64,000 nucleotides of DNA from Phoronis australis (taxonomy: Eukaryota; Animalia; Phoronida), in contig NMRA01000192.1 in assembly GCA_002633005.1 (NCBI GenBank), positions 244,606 to 308,605 on the forward strand, read 5' to 3'. Positions 38,051 to 50,000 of the stretch are shown piece by piece. The notes beneath the pieces were generated by a model. That model saw only the letters and a list, made by a program, of their open reading frames with translations, was not told the DNA's origin and did not search any database. Position numbers and translations under genes: made by a program. Position 1 is the stretch's first letter; each line of letters starts with the position of its first letter.

Positions 38051-39416
38051 NATATATATCCTATGTGAGCGGATGGGTGCGGTGTTTGAGGCAACAGCCA
38101 GAGGAGGTGGTTTGAACAGCGGACTATTTTACCTGCAACTCTCCTTGGAGCTTTCGGCCGCCAGCTTTTCTCAGTAATACTATGGAGGTTTCTGAACTCA
38201 GCGGATTGCTCTGTATGTGATTATCAATAAAGCCTGACCCCCGCCAGCCAGCTCTTGTGAGCGACGTACGTTGTGTTAACAGAATTCTAAACTCTCAGTC
38301 GTCAGCGACGTTGCGTTATTGTCAGGACTCTGAATTTACTTTTAAGTAAGTTAAAATTCCTCACCCACCGGCTTGTAACGTTGTTTTCTTGTTGTTTCGA
38401 TTATAATTTGTTGCTTTTGCTACTGACTTGTTTGAAAACTCGTTGTTTCTCCTACATGTATTAGTGTGACGCGTATTTTGGAAAGTGGGACATTTTAGGA
38501 TGGCAACTCTGAAGTAGTCTTATACTGTATGAACGAATCTGTACCATATCAGCGCTTTTCAGTGTTAACTGTATAATTTCCGTTTTACTTTATTTACTAA
38601 TTCAGTAAGTAAACATGTATTATTCATGCGGTGGTTCCGTTCATTTGTTAAAATGGTATTTCGTGTATGATATTATATCACATAAATGTTTTCATTCGGA
38701 ATTTGTATGACTTGTTATTCAAGAAAAATTTGCTGTGTATAGCTTATAATAGAGCATTAAATATACTATCTAGTGTATTGCAGAACTCTCGTGTTAAAGC
38801 AGCCATAAAACTGTGTTCCGTCATCGGATGCGAACACTTGATTTACCGTTACAAAATTGGTATCACGAAGTTGTCCCTTTCGTCTGTGAATTGGTCGTTA
38901 CTAATAGTAATAGGCCAGGAACAGAGACACACCCTTCTCCTATGCTACAGAGGGCAGCACTGTGGTGACAAAGATACCTTTTAAACGAAGTAGCAATGGG
39001 ACATCCTGATTGGTTGGAAAATGGTATTTACGATATTTTTCTGTTCTGATGTTGAGACATACATAAGTATATACTGCGTGATTATTGAAAATTTCTTTTT
39101 TCCGTTGTGACTGTTAGAATAATGTCAGTTGTACATGTATATATATATCGATGATTTCCTCTCAAGCTCGTGTTTTATAGTTGTACTACACACTCTAAAT
39201 AACGGCACCAAAACAAAGTAACGAAGCGATTCCCTATTCTTTTCCAGCTAATTCCCATGCCACGTGTTTGCGACTAACCTCCAAACCGAAACAGTAGATT
39301 TCTGTGAAGATGCAAATTATTATTTCTCATGGCATGAGATACATGTGCAAACCGTCTAAATGTGTATTGTTAGCCGCCGAAGCTGTGTCATGCCTTGTAA
39401 ATTTGCCATTCCAAAC

Positions 39417-39842
39417 TGTAGAAAGCCAAAATGGAAAAAAATTCTAGGACACAATTTTTATATTCAACAATTCAATTCTCTGCATGACCAAAAAGTACAC
39501 CCAAAACAAAAAATTATCGCGCCAGGAACCAAAATTGAACACATACCTGTAGGGACAAAAACTTTATTACGTCAGGACAAAAATTTTTTCGTCAAAAAAT
39601 TTCACACGTCCTGGCACGAAATTTTGTCCTGGTAAGAAATTCAATGTCCTGACGTAATACGTTTTTTGTCTTGGCGCTATAAATTTGGTGTCGTGGGGTG
39701 TTAAATTTTGGTCCTGAGCGATAAACTAGAGGTTCTGGCAAGATAAATTGTGTTTTTGAGTGTATCTTTTGGTCCTTCAAAGACTTTAATTCCTGAATAG
39801 AAAATACCTGTCTTGGAATTTTCTCAATTGGATTTCCGTACT
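39417..39842. mobile_element. Degenerate palindromic (foldback) element
   Basis: gaccaaaaagtacacccaaaacaaaaaattatcgcgccaggaacc pairs with ggttctggcaagataaattgtgtttttgagtgtatcttttggtc; symmetry continues to both ends and toward the centre. Confidence 0.65.
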
Positions 39843-39982
39843 GAACAGTCACAATCCGGTTTAATTTTGAGAAATTCGATGCCCGGCTTCCACCCATGCA
39901 CCCCACGACTCATATAGTAATGAATATAAGACTATTAATGTAGGAAAGACTTGACTTCAACTCACAGTTCTCCACACGTCCA

Positions 39983-40212
39983 CATGCGCGCACCCAAGAG
40001 GGGGTTGGGGGCTCGAAGGCGCCCCCCATTTGGCGATGTGGGCAAAAAAATCCGAATCAGAGAAACAAAAAGTCTGAAAAAACAAGACAAAAGTCCACTA
40101 ATAAGGCAGGAACTACCAAATTCGGCTAACACACAATTCACAGTTCTGAGCGTACCACGTTTTTTTAGTAAAAGATCTACATTCCCAAGAATTCGAGCTT
40201 GGTGCACGCATG
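39983..40212. mobile_element. MITE family A, 5-bp TSD GTCCA
   Basis: gtcca|catgcgcgcacc...ggtgcacgcatg|gtcca. Confidence 0.85.
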
Positions 40213-41130
40213 GTCCATTAGGACTCATTAGCTAGAAACATAACCGGACGGTACCGAGAAAATCTGTTGACGACCTTGACAGCCACAGTTCGTTGCAAGA
40301 AATCAACTAGTCAATTAAATATATGTATGGGGTGTAATCTATTTCTTGTTTCATGCAGTACACGCATTTTCACAACCTCACGTAAATGCAAAGATTTGTG
40401 CAGTGCGAACGGCGATCATCTCAATATATTGAACAAAGACCATATATGGCCAAGTCAGGCTAAAGACGGGCTTAGGGCCTAACTGATTTAAAATAATCAC
40501 AAGTTATCGGCTGTCATTGGCGGGCACAGCATTTAGTAAACATTAGTACTCTGCGCAGTATTGAGGGAGGGCTGAGCTACTAATTGACACTGATTGAGAA
40601 AAAATCTTCGCTGGTAATTGCCAGGACCTGCTTACAAGAAGCAATACCGCTTGGTACTCATCCTTTTAATTGTTCACAGTTGCATGGCCTCTGACGCTTC
40701 CGGAAAGACACTGACATTGTATTGTATTGTATCCGTGCGACACTGTATTGTATTGTATTGGGGCAAACAGTTGAAAAGAGATAAAAATGATCTGTGTAAC
40801 TGACTTCATAAATGGGGAATTTATGAAACGATTGAAGAGTATATTTCTTTTAGTAGACTGTATTTGATGGACCTGTTCCGATATCTATCACAACTTAGTT
40901 TTGAACACATCAGATATTAATTTAAGTTAATTTAATTTTGATAGCACCAAGGGAATTCATTTTATAACCATGTTTCCATCAATGGAATTGAATGAATTGT
41001 ACAATTTGAAAGGTTTCATTATTGCATATAACTATTGCTGTTAAAACTGTCCAATAATGCACTATACATCAAAAAGCATATTTTGTGACTTTGCTGAGAT
41101 TAGGAAAATTGGAAATGGGTATAATGTTAT

Positions 41131-41266
41131 GTTATTGCGGAGAGTTACCACTGTGTAATATCATGTTATTGCGGAGAGTTACCACTGTGTAACATCATGT
41201 TATTGCGGAGAGTTACCACTGTGTAACATCATGTTATTGCGGAGAGTTACCACTGTGTAACATCAT
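41131..41266. repeat. Minisatellite, 4 x 34 bp
   Basis: gttattgcggagagttaccactgtgtaa(c/t)atcat at 41131, 41165, 41199, 41233. Confidence 0.95.
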
Positions 41267-41789
41267 GCAAAGGTCGTGTACACTGTGAAGTGTATACACT
41301 CCGTATGCTTATAATTTCTGACTTAAGCTTTTTTGCTTCCCCATGATAATTTCATGGAATAAACTGTGGGCACAAAGCGGAATTTTTATTTAATAGAAAT
41401 TACACTAACCATTTAGACGTTCCATTATTGTGCGAAACAGCGTAGGACACGCGCACTACGCCTAGGCTGTGGCAGTCCAACGCCCGTGTAAGATTAGTGC
41501 AGTGCTATATTATTCCTCAATCCGATTATTTTACACAATTCAACCATAAAATGTCAACCATAATTTTATTGGTATCATAAATACATAAATAACATTAATC
41601 CGATCCACGGACCACGTTGTATTATACCTGACATCAACGCATTTATGTCAGATATACATGTACCTTAGCAAATGAAAATCGATCATTGACACATTCATTG
41701 CTTTGTTTGATTAGCCTGCAATGTACCCTTTCGATGTTAATGCCCAACGCAGTGAACGTTACTCACAAAAATTTCGTGCCAAATTGATT

Positions 41790-42120
41790 TTTGTTAACGG
41801 CATAAAATAACGATAAACGGCGTGAATTAATTGTTAACAACGTAAATTAATTGTTAGTGTTCCATAAATTAACCTTTAACCGCTTAAATCAAATACTTGC
41901 GAAGTAAAATATCTTTTAATTGCGTAATATTAGGCATTTTCATCACAAGTATATTGTTGGCCGAATAAGTGAAAGTTACGCAAATAAGTTAACTTCAATT
42001 TATGCCATTAACAGTTAATTTGCGCCTAAAATAATTAACATCCGCAGCAAATAATTAAGTTATGCTGTTAACAGTTATTTTACGCCGTTTATGAGAATTA
42101 CTTTACGCACAATTTACGTC
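41790..42120. repeat. Foldback element built of degenerate subrepeats of about 22 bp
   Basis: ataaacggcgtgaattaattgttaacaacgtaaattaatt pairs with aattaagttatgctgttaacagttattttacgccgtttat. Confidence 0.55.
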
Positions 42121-43399
42121 GCCAACGATGCTCTTCAACTCTGTTACATTCCGTGCAAGGCCTTATTTCACCAAGACCAATTGCATGAAAACATTTTTTC
42201 TTGAATTAGTTATCATCTTCAGCAAGTCACCAATAATGACGACCACAATCGATGATCTTTAATAGTTATCAAGGCCTGTATTGAGATTTGTCAAGAAAAC
42301 TCAAGTCTTGGTGTGAAAACACAATATCTAAGCATTCACTTATTTTCAAGACAGTTGCGCGTCAAAAAGTTCAACTCATCAAAATTACACATGCACTGTT
42401 GCGGCATGCTGTCATGAGTGAAGCATTTTACAATATTATAATTTCATAGAGACTTTATAATTATTCTTTGGCATATTACACTGCCTTTTCTTTTTTCAGA
42501 CCGAGAAAAATAATTGAAGCTGCTAAAGCAGCAAAATGATATCGTGAGATGACGTCAGGGCCTTTGTAAAAGGATTTAGTTAACTGGACAATACTTTCAA
42601 ATCATTCATACACGTATTTCGGTAAACCAAGAAAATTTAAAACTCAATAAGACAATTGTACGAATGCAAAACAATATTTTCCAAAGACCCCTACATGTAT
42701 CTGGCTAAGGATTACGGAGACAACTGTCGTTCTATTTTTGCAGGTTGTTTCTTGAAATTGTATATCGCTTGAAAAAATTGATGACCTGACATATAACATC
42801 AATTGTTGCACATTTCCTGGTCTTTGAAAATACCCACCTTTCCATATTTCGGGTCCCATTCCTTGTAGGGGGTACATGTAATTCATGACATCCAAGTGGC
42901 CATCAAGTGATTTTATTGACAAATTCTTAAAGTGGAGCGTGCACGCTACCTCCTTATTTCTGTGATTGCTTGGTAAGATTAGTTTAGAAACACAACATCA
43001 CAACATATAGCGACGGTGTAAATATAATAATTTTCAAACGTTATCAATGAATACAAATGCACTTTGTTTAGCGTAGGCGATGTTCAAATGGAATTGTCGT
43101 TATGTTCCTGCTACAAATTAGCATGGTTAGGAGCATGCAAACGCACATCTAAAAGACCGCTCACGGAGGGATGGCCCAGTGTTGGATTCGATTACTTCTA
43201 TTTTCCAGTTTTTGTAAAATCGCACAACGGCATTCATGATGAGGAAGCTCACTTCTTGCAGGATTACGAGACGATGGAATGATATGTCACTCTGGCTTTC
43301 ATCGTAGGTGTCTCATTTCAGATGAAACAATGTCTCGTTGTGGCGGATCGGCAGAACAGTCCATATGTCCCTACCTACATGTAAATCCTACACTGCCAA

Positions 43400-43740
43400 G
43401 TATTTACAAGGGGTTCTGCAAGTTCATTCCTCACTTAGCACAGATTGCTGAACACTTCACCGTGACAAGTTGACTCTCCAAACAAAGTGTTATGGAGCGA
43501 ACCAGCTGAAAAAGCGTTTAGGACATTGGAAAACGTTTGGTTAACGACCCCGTATTGAAGTTGCCTAACTTGAAGAAAAGATTCTATTTGCAGTCTGATG
43601 TCGCAGGCTACGCACTTGGGACCATGAAGGTATGCCGATGCCCTTAGCTTATGATTGTCGCAAACGTTTCCACTGTTGAAAAGGAATGTTTAGCCCTGGT
43701 GTGAGCAATGGCCCATTCTCGTGTCTTATGGTCGGGAATG
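43400..43740 (+). pseudogene. Degraded Ty3/Gypsy pol relic (RT connection/RNase H)
   Basis: Frameshifted peptides FCKFIPHLAQIAEHFT, WSEPAEKAFRTL, DPVLKLPNLKKRFYLQSDVAGYALG, PLAYDCRK, STVEKECLALV*A, YGRE. Confidence 0.75.
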
Positions 43741-44554
43741 GGTAAAGTAGTTTGTCAAACGTTTGTCTGCTCGGTAATGACAATTAAGGATGTCACGTTC
43801 ATATTCCGAAGTAATATTTAACTCTTTGTTTGTGGAACTTCCGATCTCATTTTAAGGAACTTTGTATTTCCCCTGGTATTGTTTGTGTAGCGAAACGCAT
43901 CGATTTTTATCTATGCAGGTCATGGTGTGAACGGACAATCTGTTCACATAAATGTGTTCTAAGGCCCTGGAGCTGTGGAAGTTCAATCCATAAAGTATGT
44001 TTATCAATAAAACTCTACCTTTGTTTGTTGTTGACAGGATATTTTGACGGAATTCATAATAATTTAACAATTGCCAATACTTTGCCGTTCTGTATACAGT
44101 AGTTCAACTAAAATGAAAAAAGGTAACGTTTCTTGGGTTTTGGGGCACTCGATAGTTCCCATTCAAATCAAAAGACAAAAAACAAAAAAATGCCGTCTGG
44201 CGCTTTTGGATCTCGCGGCTGAAGTTCGACAAAAACGCTGCCGGAGCGTTTCATTTTTGCCCTAAACAATTTAACCTTGCGTTTTGGCTCAGACTCAGAA
44301 GTCTCACTTTTTATCCGTATGCCAGGGATGCAAAATAACACTGTCTCTTTGTTATGAATAGTGTTATTTTCCAGAGTCCGTTTTCTCTAGTAACGCAGCA
44401 TTCGTAATAATATGTTACGACGCCTTTTGTTTATGGTAACACACGCCAAATCTCAAGTATCAGTATCACTGCAACTAATGTATTGAGCTATCCACGGCAT
44501 ATTTCAAATCTACACAATAATAATTTGCCTATTTGATCTAACAGAACATTCTTA

Positions 44555-44895
44555 TATCCAAAGTTGGGATAGGTATTGGGTTTATTAGTTTCACATTCTT
44601 GTAAATGTCACTCCATCCTGGTTTTTGCTGAATATTTGTATCAAACGGCACCAAAAATCCATTTAAAAATTGATGAATATGTACATTTATAATTTTGGAT
44701 GAATGGTTTACTAAATTCTTATCTGCAAAATTGGAATAGGTATTGGGTTAATTAGTTTAGAACTTTTTTGTAAACGTCACTACATCCTGATTTTTTCAGT
44801 GCTGAAGTATTTTTTCAAACGGCACCAAAAGTCCATTTAATTTATGAATATGTGTAATTTTGGATGAATGATTACATAAAATTATTCGCACAACT
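44555..44895. repeat. Two-copy diverged tandem repeat, unit about 170 bp
   Basis: ataggtattgggtt..caaacggcaccaaaa..ttttggatgaatg occurs twice. Confidence 0.75.
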
Positions 44896-45273
44896 CTGGG
44901 GGGTTTATGTTTTCTAAAATCTTTGTCTTTAACAGGGATCATTATTTCGAATCATTGAAACCATTTTCCTGCTGGTGTAACCAGTCATCTATACATTGTT
45001 TCTGGTTTATATCCTTTTTGTTACCATTTTAACAAATATTAATTGACATTACACGCTTTAACTAGTTAAAGCAGTTGACTAGTTAGCGGATTAACAAGTA
45101 TATGACGGGTTTAACCGTAACATGTTTTTTATCATTTACAATTAAGATATTTATGAGCTTGTCAGATATGAAAGATACTAAATAGTATGAAATAAATTAT
45201 TTATCTTTTGCTTCCGGTATAATTGTTCAGCGTCAAAAGCTCATGATGTAGTTCTTATGTAATTCGGTCAAAA

Positions 45274-45345
45274 ATGGCGGAGTTGCTAAAAGTTTGTGAC
45301 AGTAAAGAAGGTGACGCTCCTAGCGTGAAAAATATACTGTCTCAG
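45274..45345 (+). CDS. Candidate upstream first exon (MAELLKVCDSKEGDAPSVKNILSQ), in frame with kinase gene 2 via acceptor at 46946
   Basis: aaaATGGCGG start context, CTTCCGG upstream, CAG|gtatgt donor (phase 0); 46947-46955 reads TTA CTG ATC in frame into ATG 46956. Confidence 0.4.
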
Positions 45346-46012
45346 GTATGTCATTTTGGTATCGTATTGGACATCAGGTGGTGCTTGATCATTTGGATAC
45401 ATTTTAAGGACATTGGAAATCTGCTAATTTTTGGATTGCACCAAGATGGCTTTAAGTTACACCGGCAGCCGGCCGGCTAACCAAATCGCCCAATTGCAAG
45501 CAGATGATTCTTTGTTTGGCATTGTTTGGGGCCATTAGACCGTGAAATATTTAAAAAATAGATGAATTTTGTCGGATGAAGTTTTCGGTGATAACAGTTC
45601 AAAAATGACTTCGGTTGTAGATAATAAACATTCCACACTCAGTCATAAATTGCATAGCACGAAGCAATACCTGAACCAACGAATGCAGACAACTTTCACC
45701 GCAAACTCTGCAGCGCGTGTCGGTCGAGGTTGGCATTCTGTGCCTAGCTTTTATGGTTTCTGCCACAGCATTTTATTTCAAGTGGCTCATCGGCAAAACT
45801 ACGCAGGCTTCGTACCACCGCAGATTACACCTGCCAATCAAAACTTTATTATTGTTGTACAAGGAGCAGGGTTATAAGAGAATGTTATTATAAATACAGT
45901 ACAATAGTACATGTATATACCATTGTTGACCTTTTCTTGTGGATTAGCATTGTGCGTGTGATACGCCAAAAAACCCACTTTACATACATGTATAAATGTA
46001 CCCTTTGCCATG

Positions 46013-46275
46013 CATGCGCGCACTCAGGAGAGTGGTGCTCGGGGGAGGGGGGCGAATGAGCCCCCCCCCCCCCATTTGGCGAAGTGGGCAAAAAGGTCCA
46101 CCTCAGAGAAACAAAAAGTCCGAGAAAACGAGACAAATGTTCACTAAGAAAGACGCACAGTTCATAGTTCTGAAGGGTGGTATCCCGTTTCTTTAGTCCT
46201 CTCGATTTTTGTCAGCAAAAGGTCCACATCGACAGAAATTCGAGCCCCCCATTTTCAAGGCTGGGTGCGCGCATG
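46013..46275. mobile_element. MITE family A, 5-bp TSD CCATG
   Basis: ccatg|catgcgcgcac...gtgcgcgcatg|ccatg. Confidence 0.85.
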
Positions 46276-46361
46276 CCATGGCATTATTTGTTGACACAAA
46301 AGTGCGCAACACCGCCGTTTAGGCATAAATGAACTCACGGACGCAACGGAGTTATACAGGT

Positions 46362-46838
46362 GAAAGTGAAAGTGCATATTTTAAAACTTAAACTTGATTT
46401 ACTTTTTAATGATATCGGTTAAACTTACACATTTATTTATCTTAGTTTACAGATCGTGCTAGCTAGTTAAATTTCGTGGGAAGTGCGCTTGTTGCAAGTC
46501 GAATTTGACTGTTCTAGACAGATTAAAAATACGTGACGTCACTCAAATACGGGGAAATCCATAATGATTTGATTCTGGGATTTTCCCCAGCAAAGACGTT
46601 TCGATCCGACACCGAGCAGGAAATAGCTTGGCAAAAGTGAGCATATTGCACTTGTTCTTATTTCAATATTCGACTAATTTTCTAAGTTGGCGTTGGTTGA
46701 CCCACGGGTATGTTTTTGAGAATTGTGCAAGCGTACATATATTTGCACGTACAGCCGTTGTATTCGCGGTCTATGCCACCGAAGTAAAACTATTAATATA
46801 GGTCACTGATGAAGATACCAATTTTTTCCAGTGACTCA
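46362..46838 (+). promoter_or_regulatory. IRF/CRE/NF-kB/AP-1 motif cluster upstream of kinase gene 2
   Basis: GAAAGTGAAAGT 46362-46373; TGACGTCA 46534-46541; GGGGAAATCC 46551-46560; GGGATTTTCC 46577-46586; TGACTCA 46832-46838. Confidence 0.6.
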
Positions 46839-46955
46839 TGGGAAAGATGCAGAATTGTTTAGTAAATTCACGCTGTTGGGTTTATGAAATTATGCGAATA
46901 AGGTAAACGTCGTGATTATCACAGCAATTCGAATTGTATTTTACAGTTACTGATC

Positions 46956-47096
46956 ATGGCGGAGGCTGACCAGTCAGCTTGGTTTTCCATCGGGAACTAT
47001 TCAGTTAACCTGCTAGACAAACTGGGTCAAGGTGCCTTTGGAATAGTGTACACGGGAAAACAAAATCCCACTGACCGTAAGGTGGCAGTCAAAGAG
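46956..47096 (+). CDS. Kinase gene 2 first kinase exon
   Basis: MAEADQSAWFSIGNYSVNLLDKLGQGAFGIVYTGKQNPTDRKVAVKE|gtgagt; preceded by acceptor ttttacag ending at 46946. Confidence 0.88.
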
Positions 47097-50000
47097 GTGA
47101 GTTGATATGAGAAGATGTACACAACGAATTTTGGATTTTTGTTTTTTTTTTAATTTTTACATTGTGCAAAAGTTTTATTATTCATTTACAAGTTCGTGAC
47201 AAAACGGAATTGGCTTGAAAAGTGCACTCATTTTTTAAAATGGTTAAAACCATATTTCTGAAAATTCCTTGAGCTATAGGGCTGTTTCCTTGAGCTATAG
47301 GGCTGTTAGTCAGGCTTGAATGGTACTGGTGCATGTAGCTCATTGCTGAAATCTGGAAGCTTAGACCACAAATTGGCCAAATATCACACCACCACACAGA
47401 GCTCCTTTGCCAAAATGCCCAATAGACCAAGCAGACCTACATTTAAGTCTGAGAAGCATTCACATTATTAGAAAATAGCTCAACTGTTGCAAACACCAAT
47501 TGAAAATTTGGTTATTTTGCGAGAGAAAGTACTGTCTGGTGTCTTTTTACCATGTTTATTAGAATTGGAACATTATGTGTACAGATTTCCAGTAAAAGCT
47601 CACCAAAAATATCACGTGAAAACTGGGAAACTTTGAATTCGCTTATCTCAGCTCATTATTTCTCAGTAGTGGGAATACGTTCAAGTTTATTTCTCAGCTA
47701 TATCTCACTTTAATGAATTGTTACGGAATGAAAAATTGAAATCTAATACAAATAAACTCCAAATCCGTGCCAGTGATTTCATTTAAATTGATTATAACTT
47801 AAGTTACTTTCATGTGAAGATGGAATTTTGACTGAATGTTGTGCATGTGCCAAATCTCAGAAACCAAGTATAACAAACAGTATGTCATGATGGCGATATG
47901 GCCATAATTTTGTATTGGTCCACCTAAATAAGACTATTGGAAGATTCTAAAATTTGTCACAGCATATTTTGGAAATGCCATCATGAAAAAATAATCTTTT
48001 TGGAAAATTTATATTTTTTATTAAAAAACAGTCACTTGAAAACAAATTTCCTTGCTTTTCCTCAACTTGTGGTTTATATTTAAGACGACATATACTAAAG
48101 TTTACACATTTTAAAGAAGAACGTGCGGGAAACAAACAGTGTACCAACATGTACCTCCCTAGCGGTTACAGCGGGAATTATGTTTATTGTGGAGTCGCTT
48201 CAGATTACGGCGACTAGACTAGTACTGACACATGTACACCGACTGTCACGTTACAAGCCATATCCTCTGCATGCAGTTCCAGCTATTCATTCTGCATACT
48301 AACGCCAACACATGTATTGTATCCCATGCTGATATATAGAATGAATTCCGTAGACGGAATAATCTCGCAAAGGAATATGCTGGTGTGGTCACTAGCTTTC
48401 TTTGCTTGCAATGCAAAGGGACAGCTTTTTTATAATGTCTATTGCGAAATCTTCGATACAATGAATATACATAACCCAGAAAGCGCCAAGAGGCATTATA
48501 TCTGGGTTAAAAAAATACAAAGAAATCTATATACAATTATTTTGCACAAATACATAAAAAAGAAATCTGTATACAATTATTTTTACACAAATACATAAAT
48601 TAAAAAAAAATGTTAAGATTACAGTGACATTTGATCACGAAAGTAAATAAATCATTTTCATACACATTTATACAATTCTATCCACTCACACAAAGAGATT
48701 TAACATTAAAAAGAAATTTTGATACTATTTCGAATAAAACCTTATTTTCAAAGGGACAACTTGTGAAGCCATGCGCTTTTCCCAGTCCAGGTTGTCCCAA
48801 ACACTTACACGCCTGATTTTCAGGGTAACAGATGCGGTATACATTGTAAAATGAAATGAGAACGATACTGCACCCTTGAAGATTTTGGTTAAGAATAATC
48901 ATGATTTATTTCTTATCTGGGTGAAATACTTATTGAGTTATGACTCTTCCCCACTTCAAATTTCCCGGTTTGCGCTGTTCTTCGTTGAATCCACCTAAGT
49001 CATTGGCATTTTCACAGTTTGCTACTGATTTTTCTAAGTACACCTGTACTGTTTCTAAACTTTTCTTTCTCGATTGAAAGTGACATCATATCAGTTTTAC
49101 GGCTAGATGAATGTTGGATGAGACTAACAATGAGTAATTAGTGTCGACGTTATTAGCTTTGTGACCATGGGTTTGTTTCATGAAATGTAAGTCAAAAATT
49201 AAATCCTACACTCCACATAATTATTTTTCTGAAAAATTATTAAATCTCAGTTGAACAAAAGCGTGACGTTTCTGACAAAATACACATAGTTTCTAGTTAC
49301 TGAAATAATTGAGATCCAAAATTTTACTCAGTTTAGAAAGTATGAAGTGTGTAAGTTGGTCTTTTACTTGAAGAAGACTTTTTAGTACGAAACAGACCTC
49401 AGAACTATTAAATAACAAAATCCGTTGTGTTTTGGTGCTTTTAGTCGCAAAATACAGTAGTATGAACCGTGAGGGTTGCCGGTTTGTCGCTCACTTTTCT
49501 CGCTGGTGATGTCCCTTTCAGGTCAGGCAGGCTTACTACCTGGTGACTAACTGTAACTGCAACTCCTGTTATTCAATAAAAGATAACATATAACAGTACA
49601 CAGTTCTTATAGTTAAGAAGAGAACTTGAACTCAGGTCATGAAGCGACTTGATGCTTGACCCAATTTCTAATAATGTACATGTAGTGCTAAACCGGCCGA
49701 GTTCAGTGAAAGGGACAAAACAATGCGAGACGCGGTTGGACATTTTCTTGATTCGTGGATGACAATGGCATGGTGATCGCTGAGAATTTTCTCGGCGTTA
49801 AACTACCGTACAAGAACACAGAAACATTGCACCCCCCCCCCCCCCCCCNCCCCCATTCTAGCGACACAAGGCCAATTGTGATGCTAGTGAGTGAGTGCAG
49901 TGAGCTTGAGTTTTTTGAAGATCATGGTTGTAGACGGTTTCTGATTAATTTATGCTTGGAGGGAGATATATTTACACGTACAAAAACGGTTTGTAATTGA

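Noticed and set aside
41131-41266. 34-bp repeats resembling a CRISPR array
   Set aside because: Units are head-to-tail with no unique spacers, no cas genes, eukaryotic context; this is a minisatellite.
42500-42539. Orphan terminal exon after a strong polypyrimidine acceptor (PRKIIEAAKAAK*)
   Set aside because: No upstream partner exons identified, and the phase-1 reading from gene 1 exon 11 stops after four codons; no homology support.
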